DNA of 63,933 nucleotides, filler included. It is 22 parts of 22 records of this genome, joined end to end, with 100 filler letters (N's around TTAATTAATTAA, not from the genome) between each part and the next. Parts side by side here need not be neighbours in the genome. Positions count along the whole stretch, not along the records: positions 33,296 to 37,686 come from SRR16133337_81921; positions 37,787 to 39,831 come from SRR16133337_82025; positions 39,932 to 42,894 come from SRR16133337_82614; positions 42,995 to 45,907 come from SRR16133337_82771; positions 46,008 to 51,854 come from SRR16133337_83105; 17 more parts are not named here. One strand, 5' to 3'. The position numbers were made by a program, and so were the translations under genes. The notes under the pieces were generated by a model, which searched no databases, had not been told where the DNA came from, and saw only the letters and a program-made list of their open reading frames with translations. Of the stretch, positions 37,624 through 48,030 are shown piece after piece (within the stretch, counting starts at the first letter, position 1; every line of letters starts with the position of its first letter).

Positions 37624-38166
37624 ATTGTTTAGATTTTTTTTAAAGGAGTTCGTCAAAGTGTCTTGTCCTAAAATAGGTTTACATCANNNNNNNNNNNNNN
37701 NNNNNNNNNNNNNNNNNNNNNNNNNNNNNNTTAATTAATTAANNNNNNNNNNNNNNNNNNNNNNNNNNNNNNNNNNNNNNNNNNNNGAAAAGTTTTCTTG
37801 GACGGCATATAAGCGAGTGATTTTAGAGAATTTGGAGAGTGCCACGTAATTAGAATTTTGTAAAAATAAAATGTCATTTTGTACAATTATTTTTTTATCT
37901 TTACCACAACCCTTAAGATGTACAGTGACATGGTTGAAGAGAAAACTGATTCTTTTACTCCCTGCACAACAACACTTTAACAAATTTCATATTACTTATC
38001 TTCACCGAAAATTGTTTCTCCCTTGATGTTCGAGACACAAATTATTTGGAGCATCAATTCTATGGGTATCAATAAATTAGAAAATCTTTTGTTTTAATTT
38101 CATTCACGAGTACATGAACGTGCGAGAAACCATTCCCAATTGATAATTGTGAGCACTTTTCCCAGC

Positions 38167-38187
38167 CACGTGACCAATCACTATAAC
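38167..38187 (+). promoter_or_regulatory. Clustered CACGTG, CCAAT and TATAA elements upstream of the malic enzyme ATG
   Basis: GCCACGTGACCAATCACTATAACT lies 30-50 nt before ATG 38217. Confidence 0.4.
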
Positions 38188-38216
38188 TAGCACATCAACG
38201 GGTAATACGCGCACTG

Positions 38217-39519
38217 ATGGAGTCTAAGGAGGAAAAACACCAAGGAGGTCACTTTGTCATTCCTTGGATCAAAAGTGTCCAGAGCGGAATCGACCTCATA
38301 AGAAACCCGAAATTCAACAAAGTGAGTATGGCTGGAGCCCTTTTGTGGGTGTAATCAGGCACCACGAATTTCTTAAGTCGCTTATTTTTGTGAAATTGCG
38401 TGGAAGGAAAGGAATTTGTGTGTTTTTCAAAAAATGAAACTTTTGGGGTGTAAATATTTTTGTCTTTTTGTTTCAGGGGTTGGCGTTTTCTGATGCAGAA
38501 AGGGATCACTTGCGTTTGAAAGGTGAGTATTGTGAGTGCTTGCCAGTCACAAATGTCTGTCAGGTGTAAGTGCTTGGATTTTTGTGGTGGGTGTGTTTGT
38601 GACAGTGTGGCAGTTTTGAACGCCATTTTCGAGCTATTTTTAGAACCTTTATGAGTGTCGGGGTTTTGCTCGTGTGGCACAGCTGTCAGATGGAAAATAG
38701 TGTGTCAAATGTTGTTTGCTTAATTTGGAGCTTTTTTGTTGTTGTTTGAAATTTCAATTATTTGAAAGAATTAAAATTACAACGCGAATTCTCAAAGAAT
38801 TAAAAAGAGAACATAACATCCAATTTTGGACGAAATGTAAAAACTTATAACAATTTTGGAGGACTTTTGTGAATGTGTTGTATTTTCTTTGTTACTGAGC
38901 GCCTTTTCAATTTCTGGATCCCCAAACTACACCTGAGAATATAACAATTATACATATGAATAATACTCCTTTTTCACAAAAGGTAATTTCTGTGGAAATT
39001 TCAATCGTGAAACAAATAATATCATTATTTTCAGTTTTTCACAACATTTTCTTCGCACACATTTAGGGCAGATGTTTAGTCAAGTGTTTGAAAATGTGTG
39101 AAAGGTTCATCACGTGTTTGAGTTTTCATATCGACTTGCTTTCTTACCAAAAAAATAAATTATGCAAAAATCTTGGAAATTGACAACATTTTCTTTTAAA
39201 TGAAGTGTATTTGCAAATTAGTTTCCATGCATCACCGAAATTCTTACACGATGAATATGTGAAATTTTTCTGATTTCGTCATGTTTTAATTTTTCACAGA
39301 GGATTCAACAATTTCGTGAAAAACTTTTTGTGTTTTCTGACAAGTGTTGTTACACTTTAGATCAATTATTGGAACTAAATTTTATTTTTGTGTTGCTAAA
39401 ATTTAGGCTTACTTCCACCTCGTGTTCAGACCATCGATGAACAAGCAAAACTCGTTATGTGGTCACTGTCGAGAAAAGATGATCCGCTTGAGAAATATCA
39501 ATATTTTATGACTCTTTTG
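38217..39519 (+). CDS. NAD(P)-dependent malic enzyme, 5' exons 38217-38321, 38477-38522, 39407-39519 (partial)
   Basis: Spliced in phase: MESKEEKHQGGHFVIPWIKSVQSGIDLIRNPKFNK-GLAFSDAERDHLRLK-GLLPPRVQTIDEQAKLVMWSLSRKDDPLEKYQYFMTLL. Confidence 0.9.
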
Positions 39520-39931
39520 GTATGTGTGTTTATATGCGATTTCATAAGGACCGGAACCAATTAAGCGCTAAAAATAACATGAAATGAAAAGTGAAAAATG
39601 AAGTGAAAAGTAAAAAATATTTTCATCTGAAAATGAGAAAAAAGTGAAAATATATTTTGAATTTCCGATTTTTCTGATCGATCGATTATTCGATTAATTA
39701 ATCAATTAATGAAACCCACAGAACGGTTAATCAAAATTATCCTTAATACAATGGACTGGAAGGTGGTAGGAGAGAAAAAATTACCGTCCTTTTTTTTGTG
39801 AGTCCATTTTTCTGAAACCTATAAGTATTACNNNNNNNNNNNNNNNNNNNNNNNNNNNNNNNNNNNNNNNNNNNNTTAATTAATTAANNNNNNNNNNNNN
39901 NNNNNNNNNNNNNNNNNNNNNNNNNNNNNNN

Positions 39932-39957
39932 TTTCGGGTTTCTAACTGGGCGGAGTA
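39932..39957. repeat. Partial copy (right arm) of the 66-bp palindromic element
   Basis: TTTCGG-GTTTCTAACTGGGCGGAGTA at the contig start. Confidence 0.9.
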
Positions 39958-40275
39958 TATCGTACAATTTCTAAAGATGTAAATATATCATTTTTTAAAA
40001 AAAGGGAGGTTTTTTAAAAAAATCTATGATTCCATCCCAATCAATTTTCGGAGAGTTTAGCAAATTTATTTTTGTTTGCAACAAGACTCCATTTTCAAGT
40101 ATAACCTCTATGGTTATCGGCTGTCAGTTATAAAAAGTGAGCAAAAGGGCTGTAGGCTTTAAGTAACAAGCAAAAATTTGAAAAAGAAAGACAACAGGAT
40201 TACTTCACCGTATCACTGTTTCAAGGTATCACCGTTTCACTATCTACAATAATAAAAGCTTACAGCCAAAAACAA

Positions 40276-40306
40276 TTGGTTACCATAGGGTTTTCTAATA
40301 TCTTTG
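40276..40306 (+). promoter_or_regulatory. Bacteroidetes promoter of thrS
   Basis: TTG (40276-40278), 20-nt spacer, TATCTTTG (40299-40306). Confidence 0.75.
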
Positions 40307-40325
40307 CATTCTTAAAATTAGATTC

Positions 40326-42266
40326 ATGATTAAAATTACATTGCCCGATGGAAGTGTGAAAGAAGTTGCAAAAAACAGCACTGCTTATGACCTTGCAAAA
40401 GGCATCAGCGAAGGGTTGGCAAGAGTTGTTATCTCTGCAAAATTTAACGATACCACTGTTGAAATTGTAACGCCATTAACCACTGATGGAAATTTAGTTT
40501 TGTACACCTTTGACGATCCAGAAGGTAAAAAAGCTTTTTGGCATTCCTCTGCACACGTACTGGCACAAGCAATACAAGAAATATATTCTGGTGTAAAATT
40601 AACCATTGGTCCTGCTATTGATACCGGTTTTTATTACGATTTAGATTTGGGAGACCAAACTATTTCTGAAAATGATTTTTCAGCGATTGAGAAGAAATTC
40701 TTAGAATTAGCAAGGGGAAAACATGAATTCAAAATACGCAAAATCTCTAAAGCAGATGCCTTGGCGAAATACAACGAAGAAGGTAATGAATACAAAGTGG
40801 AGTTGATAGAAAACTTAACCGATGGCACCATTACATTTTGCGATCATGACAACTTTACAGATTTATGTAAAGGAGGACATATTCCAAACACAGGAAGCAT
40901 TAAGGCCCTAAAAGTAATGGGGGTTGCGGGTGCTTACTGGCGTGGTGATGAAAAAAACAAACAATTAACACGTTTGTATGGGATTTCTTTCCCAAAACAA
41001 AAAATGTTAACCGAATATTTGGCTTTGTTAGAAGAAGCAAAAAAACGAGATCATAGAAAACTCGGTAAAGAACTTGAATTGTATACCTTTTCCGCTAAAG
41101 TAGGACAAGGATTGCCTCTGTGGTTACCAAAAGGTGCTGCCTTGAGAGAACGTTTGGAACAATTCTTAAGAAAAGCACAGAAGAAAGCTGGCTATGAAAC
41201 GGTGATCACCCCTCATATTGGACAAAAAGAATTGTATCTAACTTCTGGGCATTATGAAAAATATGGAGAAAATAGTTTTCAACCCATCCATACACCAAAA
41301 GAGGAAGAGGAATATCTATTAAAACCTATGAATTGTCCACATCATTGTGAAATTTACAAGGTAAAACCGTATTCATACAAAGAACTACCTATACGATTTG
41401 CTGAGTTTGGTACGGTTTACAGATATGAACAAAGTGGAGAATTACATGGATTGACACGGGTTCGTTCTTTTACGCAAGACGATGCACATATTTTCTGTAC
41501 ACCAGAACAATTAGATTCTGAATTTAAAGCAGTTATTGATTTGGTTCTGTACGTATTCAAAGCATTAGGTTTTGAAGATTTTACCGCACAAATCTCTCTA
41601 AGAGCTCCTGAAAACAAAGAAAAATATATTGGTAGTGATGAAAATTGGGACAAAGCAGAACAAGCAATCCTCCATGCAACCCATGAAAAAGGCTTAAAAA
41701 CAGTGGTTGAATATGGGGAAGCTGCTTTTTATGGACCTAAGTTAGATTTTATGATAAAAGATGTTTTGGGAAGAAGTTGGCAATTAGGAACCATTCAGGT
41801 AGACTATAATTTGCCAGAACGATTCAACCTAAACTACAAAGGATCAGACAATCAATTACACAGACCTGTCATGATTCACCGGGCACCTTTTGGTTCTATG
41901 GAACGTTTTATTGCTATTTTATTGGAACACACAGGTGGCAATTTCCCCCTTTGGCTAACCCCAAAACAAGTTATTTTACTTCCTATCAGTAATAAATATG
42001 AGAAATATGCTAAAAAAGTTTCAGAAATGCTAGAAAATTCCGAAATTCGCACCCTGATTGATTCTCGAAATGAAAAAACGGGTAGAAAAATTAGAGATGC
42101 AGAATTGAGTAAAACCCCTTATATGATTATCGTTGGAGAAAAAGAAGAAAACGATGGAACTGTATCGATAAGAAAACACGGAAAAGGAGACTTAGGAATC
42201 TTTACAATAGAAACATTTATTCAATTGGTACAAAAAGAAGTAAACCGTATCTCGGTACAATTTTAA
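40326..42266 (+). CDS. thrS: Threonine--tRNA ligase
   Basis: TGS N-terminus [50 protein letters not shown]. Confidence 0.99.
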   Translation: MIKITLPDGSVKEVAKNSTAYDLAKGISEGLARVVISAKFNDTTVEIVTPLTTDGNLVLYTFDDPEGKKAFWHSSAHVLAQAIQEIYSGVKLTIGPAIDTGFYYDLDLGDQTISENDFSAIEKKFLELARGKHEFKIRKISKADALAKYNEEGNEYKVELIENLTDGTITFCDHDNFTDLCKGGHIPNTGSIKALKVMGVAGAYWRGDEKNKQLTRLYGISFPKQKMLTEYLALLEEAKKRDHRKLGKELELYTFSAKVGQGLPLWLPKGAALRERLEQFLRKAQKKAGYETVITPHIGQKELYLTSGHYEKYGENSFQPIHTPKEEEEYLLKPMNCPHHCEIYKVKPYSYKELPIRFAEFGTVYRYEQSGELHGLTRVRSFTQDDAHIFCTPEQLDSEFKAVIDLVLYVFKALGFEDFTAQISLRAPENKEKYIGSDENWDKAEQAILHATHEKGLKTVVEYGEAAFYGPKLDFMIKDVLGRSWQLGTIQVDYNLPERFNLNYKGSDNQLHRPVMIHRAPFGSMERFIAILLEHTGGNFPLWLTPKQVILLPISNKYEKYAKKVSEMLENSEIRTLIDSRNEKTGRKIRDAELSKTPYMIIVGEKEENDGTVSIRKHGKGDLGIFTIETFIQLVQKEVNRISVQF

Positions 42267-42302
42267 ATAACACCTGTTTAAACAGGTTTAAATTTTTGAG
42301 TC

Positions 42303-42863
42303 ATAGCAATACGTAGAAACAGATCCCCTAGAAAACCTTGGAGAACCCAAAACGAAGACCAACACAGGATCAACGGAAAAATTAGAGATGTTGAAGAAGT
42401 TAGATTGGTAGGAGAAAATATCAAAATTGGTGTGTATCCTATTAAAGAGGCAATAGAAGTTGCTAGAGAACAGGAATTGGATTTAGTAGAAATTTCACCA
42501 AAAGCAGTACCTCCTGTTTGTAAAATTGTTGATTACAAAAAATTCTTGTACAATCAGAAAAAAAGAGAAAAAGCACTAAAATCAAAAGCAACCAAAGTGG
42601 TGGTGAAAGAAATTAGGTTTGGACCTCAAACAGATGAACATGATTATGATTTCAAAAAGAAACACGCTATGAAGTTCCTTCAAGAAGGAGCAAAACTAAA
42701 AGCATTTGTATTCTTTAAGGGAAGATCTATCATCTTTAAAGATCAAGGACAAATCTTATTATTAAGATTGGCACAAGAACTCGAAGAATACGGAAAGGTA
42801 GAACAAATGCCTAGACTAGAAGGAAAAAGAATGATTATGTTTATGACTCCTAAAAAAAAGTAA
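42303..42863 (+). CDS. infC: Translation initiation factor IF-3, probable ATA start
   Basis: [19 protein letters not shown] and KEIRFGP motifs. The frame is open upstream of the TTG call to ATA at 42303 ([28 protein letters not shown]). Follows thrS. Confidence 0.95.
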   Translation: MAIRRNRSPRKPWRTQNEDQHRINGKIRDVEEVRLVGENIKIGVYPIKEAIEVAREQELDLVEISPKAVPPVCKIVDYKKFLYNQKKREKALKSKATKVVVKEIRFGPQTDEHDYDFKKKHAMKFLQEGAKLKAFVFFKGRSIIFKDQGQILLLRLAQELEEYGKVEQMPRLEGKRMIMFMTPKKK

Positions 42864-42868
42864 AAATA

Positions 42869-42894
42869 TACTCCGCCCAGTTAGAAACAAAAAT
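42869..42894. repeat. Partial copy (left arm) of the 66-bp palindromic element directly after infC
   Basis: TACTCCGCCCAGTTAGAAAC-AAAAAT at the contig end. Confidence 0.9.
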
Positions 42895-42994
42895 NNNNNN
42901 NNNNNNNNNNNNNNNNNNNNNNNNNNNNNNNNNNNNNNTTAATTAATTAANNNNNNNNNNNNNNNNNNNNNNNNNNNNNNNNNNNNNNNNNNNN

Positions 42995-43417
42995 ATGGCT
43001 TTATCTATTATTATTTTTTTTTTTATTCCCTTTATATATAACATTAAACAAAAAATAAAATTCAATTTAACTTACCATTTAAATAGTTTTTATAATTATT
43101 ATATAATAAATAACATAAATAAAAATTTAAAAATACTTTTATTAAATAATAATTTAATTTATAACAGTTTAAATTCTAATAAAATAAATTTAAGCAAATT
43201 TAATTATTTGTTACTTTACTCAACAAAAGTTTATAAATTAAATTATAAGAACCAAAATTTAGTAACATTTCGTTGAAATTTTCAAAATTTATTTATAAGA
43301 AAAGTTCTTTTTGTAGTTTTTATATTATTACTGATATCCTTAGGATTTTTTAATGACTTACACTTAGGGCCTTACTATATAATTTTTTACTTTTTAATAA
43401 TCTTTTTTATAGTTTAA
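42995..43417 (+). CDS. cob: Probable 3' end of mitochondrial cytochrome b (TGA=Trp)
   Basis: Reading TGA 43274 as Trp extends the frame to TAA 43415-43417. MALSIIIFFFIPF ... VTFR ... KVLFVVFILLLISLGF ... LGPYYIIFYF resembles the last three cob helices. Converges on nad1 with a 4-nt gap. Confidence 0.6.
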
Positions 43418-43421
43418 AAAC

Positions 43422-44357
43422 TTATATTAATCTAGATAATAAAATATTTCAAAAAATTAAAATAAGTGATAAAGGAAAAAGGTATTTTCAAGCATAAAAT
43501 AAAAGCTGATCATAACGTACTCTAGGGTAAGCTGCACGAATACTAATAAAAATAAAATTAATTATAGTCAACTTTAAAAATAATTCAAAAAAACCAGTAA
43601 AATTGCTTCAAAAGATTAAAACCATTAAAAACCCTGCTATAAGTACTTGAGCGTATTCTGCAACTAAAATAAGTAGTAAGTTAACTCCAGAATGCTCTAC
43701 TTGGTAACCTGCTATTAATTCAGATTCTGCTTCTGCTAAATCGAATGGTATTCTATTAGTTTTGATTAAAATAACTATTAAAAAGGTAAAAACATTTAAA
43801 GGTACTAGGTAACTTAAACTAATTTTTAAATAAATTAATTGATAAATAACTATATCAAACATATTAAAAGAATTAACAAATATAATAGGGCTTACTAATA
43901 ATAATCCAAAGGAGAGTTCATAAGATAGGGTTTGTCCAATGTATCTTATAATACTAATCAAAGCGTACTGGTTATTACTTGATCAGCCAATACAAATAAT
44001 TCCGTAAGAAAAGAAGGAGGTTACTAATAAAAATAAAAAAATAGGTAAACTTATATCTAAAAGGGTAATATTCGTTATAGTCATTGCCTGTTTATTTATA
44101 AAAGGCAAAGTTATTCAGCCACCTAAGCTTAAAATAAAAGTATACGTGGGTGCTAACATAAATATTATAGCATTTGTTTTTGTAGGGATTATTAACTCTT
44201 TAGATAATAGTTTAATGGCATCTGCTATTGGTTGTAATAAACCATAAATACCTACAAAAGTAGGACCTACGCGTCGCTGTAAGCTAGCCATAATATGCCT
44301 ATCTGCTAAAGAAATATAAGCTACTGAACCTAAAACAACAATAATAATTATTAACAT
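43422..44357 (-). CDS. nad1: Mitochondrial NADH dehydrogenase subunit 1 (TGA=Trp; start may be an upstream ATA/ATT near 44387)
   Basis: LQRRVGP, GLLQPIADAIKL, NRIPFDLAEAESELIAGY, RAAYPRVRYDQL...WK. Continuous frame when TGA is read as Trp. Confidence 0.97.
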
Positions 44358-44389
44358 TTTAATTATGAGAAAAATAAATATATATATAT

Positions 44390-45907
44390 TTATATAAAAA
44401 ATACCATTATATTTATATAAATAGCTAAAAGAAATGCTAATATAAAATTAATATTTAGTTGAATAACAAACTTATTAAATTGAAATTTTTGTATTAATCA
44501 ACTAAATTTTTTATAAATAACTAAATGATTAGCCGTTTCTACTAAATAATTATCAATAGATATAAAAATAAAAAATCCTTTTTTTAAATTATGGTATAAA
44601 GATCAATTTAATAAGGAATCTAATGAAAAGTTAGTAATCCTTTTAATTAACTGTATTCATAAATTTTTTAAAATAGTATTATTATGTGAAAATTTTAATA
44701 AATTTTGAGTTTTTGTATTAAAAAAATTTAAATCTTCAAAATTATCAATAAGACATGTAAAGAAAATTATTAAAAATGTACTATATATTAAATGAAGCTC
44801 GTTTCAGTCGCTTAAAAACCAAAATAACGATATTTCCTGCAAATTAAAATAATAATTATTAGATATAAATATATTAAAAAATAAAAAGCCTATTAGTTGA
44901 CTTAAGATTCCTAAAATAATTAAAATAGTTAAGGGTAACCATTTAGATTCATATAAATTTAATAAATTTTTTTTTTTAATATTAATTCTATCGCTAAATC
45001 ACGAGAGTAAATAGCCAATATATAAAGCACTACAAATAAAGCTTAAAAAACACATTAAAAAGGCACTAAATATAATAAAAGAGTTTACTATTATATTATT
45101 AAAAGCCCAGTATGAGTTAAAAAAAAGTTCTTTAGAATAATAACTACTAGAATTTGGTAAATTTAACATAGTTATACACCAATATTCTTCTAAAATACTA
45201 ATTAAAGGTAATAAATTAAATATTCCCCCCATGAGCCGACAATCCTGTTCATTATGTAACAAATGTATAATAAACCCTGCAAATAAAAATCCAAAAGCTT
45301 TAAAATAAGCATGGGTAGTTAAATGAAACAAACTTATAGACAAATCTCCTAAACCCAAACTCATAAACATTAAACCTATATGACTAGCTGTGGAATTAGC
45401 TATTACTCTTTTTATATCAAATGAAGTAGCTGCTATTAAACTAGTAATTAATGTTGTTGCTGTGCCTAAAACCATAATAACCAGTAAGAATTCTGGATTT
45501 ATTTTAATAATATTAAAAGTTTGAATAATTAAAAAAACTCCAGCTATTACCATAGTTGCCGAGTGTATAAGCCCGGATACTGGAGTAGGTCCTTCCATAG
45601 CGTCTGTTAATCATAAATGAAAAAAAAATTGGGCTGACTTACCAAAAGCAGCTAATATTAGACTAAATCCTAGTATTTTAATAATGGAGTAAGAGTATAT
45701 TTCTGTTGAATTAAAATAAATAAAAAGTTTATTTATTACAATAAGGTCCGAATCTTGTAAAATATGTAAAGATAAGAAAATAGCAAGCATAAAACCTAAA
45801 TCCCCAATTTTATTATATAAGACTGCTTTTAGTGCGCTTTGATTAGCCTCTTGTCTAAAAGATCAAAAGTTGATTAATAAAAAAGAACAAATACCCACAG
45901 CTTCCCA
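44390..45907 (-). CDS. nad5: Mitochondrial NADH dehydrogenase subunit 5, 5'-truncated (TGA=Trp)
   Basis: WEAVGICSFLLINFW, GKSAQ, AMEGPTPVSGLIHSATMV, FHLTTHAYFKA. Frame continues to TAA at 44392-44390. Confidence 0.97.
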
Positions 45908-46259
45908 NNNNNNNNNNNNNNNNNNNNNNNNNNNNNNNNNNNNNNNNNNNNTTAATTAATTAANNNNNNNNNNNNNNNNNNNNNNNNNNNNNNNNNNNNN
46001 NNNNNNNTCAGGTTTGCGAGGGACAAAAAATACGTTCCTCTCTATCGCGTGGCGTTCATCAGACTGTAAAACAAAAGGAGCGAAATTTCGGTCCCCTTAT
46101 ACCAAAAAATGAATTTTACACAGGTTTCTTGCCACAAAAATCTGGCACGTAATTTCGGTCCAACTAAAAAACTTGGCGCGTAATTTCGTTCCAACTCAAA
46201 TCAAACCTGGCACGTAATTTCGGTCCTTCCAACTAGAAGAATAAACAACACAAAACAAA

Positions 46260-46655
46260 ATGTCACAATCCACAGCATTCCAGGTCCTAGCGAAAGCACC
46301 ACACCGATGTGTCAACCTGAACACTAAACATTCATTGGCAACTCCACCTGCCATCACCTGTTTCCTTGAAAACAATTTCGCCATTATCTACGTGTCATAC
46401 TATGTAAACCACAATAATTGGCCAGTACCTCTATTTTACTGCACAATTGACAGCAAGAGCCAATTTTTTCCAAATTGGTGTAAGCTGCGTCACGATATGA
46501 CACTTCTGGAGGGTGATCTTTTTTATGGGACCTGGATTTGCGATTCACGCTTTTTATGGCATATTAAACTTCACGAACAGTCCATGAATTTTGTGGCACA
46601 TTATGGACTCCCTCTCCCACTCATGACGCAATTTCTTGATACTGCAAGTATGTAA
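46260..46655 (+). CDS. Upstream ORF or first exon(s) of the DIRS-like element
   Basis: ATG in an A-rich context, 131 codons, ending over a GTATGT donor at 46648. The join to gag is not resolved. Confidence 0.4.
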   Translation: MSQSTAFQVLAKAPHRCVNLNTKHSLATPPAITCFLENNFAIIYVSYYVNHNNWPVPLFYCTIDSKSQFFPNWCKLRHDMTLLEGDLFYGTWICDSRFLWHIKLHEQSMNFVAHYGLPLPLMTQFLDTASM

Positions 46656-46914
46656 TGTGGGATTTCACAAATATTAATCTTTTGTGTTAAATTATGGTGA
46701 AAACACCTTCTCTAAAAATAGAATCAGGAGCAATTTTAATCTTGAATTCCACAAGTATTTATTTTGAGCACTACATCATGGTGACAAACCCTACCATTTA
46801 AAAATAGATTCAGGAGCATTTTCAATATTGGAATTCACTCGGATCTCCTTTTCACGCAATACTATGATTTTCATCTCAAAATAAGTTCGGTGAATTTATA
46901 TTTCACATTTTTAG

Positions 46915-47930
46915 TGACAATCATATTTATGAACTCTCCGTGACTTATCTCAAATCAAAATTTCCAAAAGCATTTCTTCGCAGCGATGAACTTGCACCAC
47001 CAAACGTCCTTGAACAACGAATTACCAATTTTGAAAATGACCTCCGCCAAAAAGACATTGATATCCAACGGGCTTTTCAGGATGGGTCGTTCGCTCGCAA
47101 AATGGCGTTGCACTTTGATTCGAGTCCACGAAAAAACAATTTTTTACCAGGGGGAACGGTGAAGGCCCTGAACAGTGTTATGCCAACTAAGGATATTCCC
47201 GTTCAAGGCGCCAATTGGCCTGATGTAGGGATGCGTGTACAACTCACGGGTTCCCCGGATAAGAAAAAACTCTGGAAATACGTGGTTCATGACCTTTTGC
47301 GCCAAATGCATAAACGCACAGTGGGTCGAGAAAAAATTTCGCTCATGGCAGCGCACGCAATTGACAAATTTAATGCGATTGACGACCCATCCAGGGAAGA
47401 GACTGCGGATTTTAGGGACGATATGATGGACCTGTGGCAATTCTCAACTTTTTATGACGCAGAATCAGCCCTTCACATACAAGAGCACGTTGTAGCACTT
47501 CTTGCACACAATACATACGGAAAATTCAAATCGAATGTGCGCCTTGAAGCAGGACCACGCCCCTCCGTTCTGAATGAGGACGAGATTAAAGAAGAAAATG
47601 AGCGCCGTGAGAAAACGCAAGAAAACAGGAAATCGTAGGTCCCCACACCAACGCCCTCAAATTGCCTTACACAAGCATCTCCAAACGCATACATCAACCA
47701 CGTTTTACAAAATATCATGAATATTATATAACTCCTTTACCCTAAGACTAACATCCTCATTATGTTCATATAGTAGGACCAAATTCCGAAATAATGTGGG
47801 TAGCGCGCGATACAGAGGACGTAACGGGTACAAGAGACGCCGCAATAATTTTTCTCGCGGACCAAGGAGCAGAGGAAGAGGAAGAGGAAGCTTCCGGTCT
47901 TTTCGGTTCAGCCGGAGGGGAAGACGTTAA
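46915..47930 (+). CDS. Gag-like protein, spliced (46915-47634 + 47774-47930)
   Basis: Lies upstream of pol. Removing intron 47635-47773 adds an Arg/Gly-rich tail RTKFRNNVGSARYRGRNGYKRRRNNFSRGPRSRGRGRGSFRSFRFSRRGRR. Confidence 0.75.
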
Positions 47931-48030
47931 TAGTCTCCAACTCCGGCCAGTCTACCAAACATATGACACCCAACTCAGGTCTGTATTTTCCAACCGTAAG
48001 TCACTAACCTAAGCCTCTATGTATCTTTAG

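Noticed and set aside
43422-45907. nad1 and nad5 as fragmented pseudogenes
   Set aside because: Internal stops are all TGA, several at conserved Trp positions; the frames are continuous under code 4.
47996-48030. GTAAGT at 47996 as the donor for the pol intron
   Set aside because: It would give a 35-nt intron with the branch point adjacent to the donor, and it does not restore the pol frame from the upstream ORFs.
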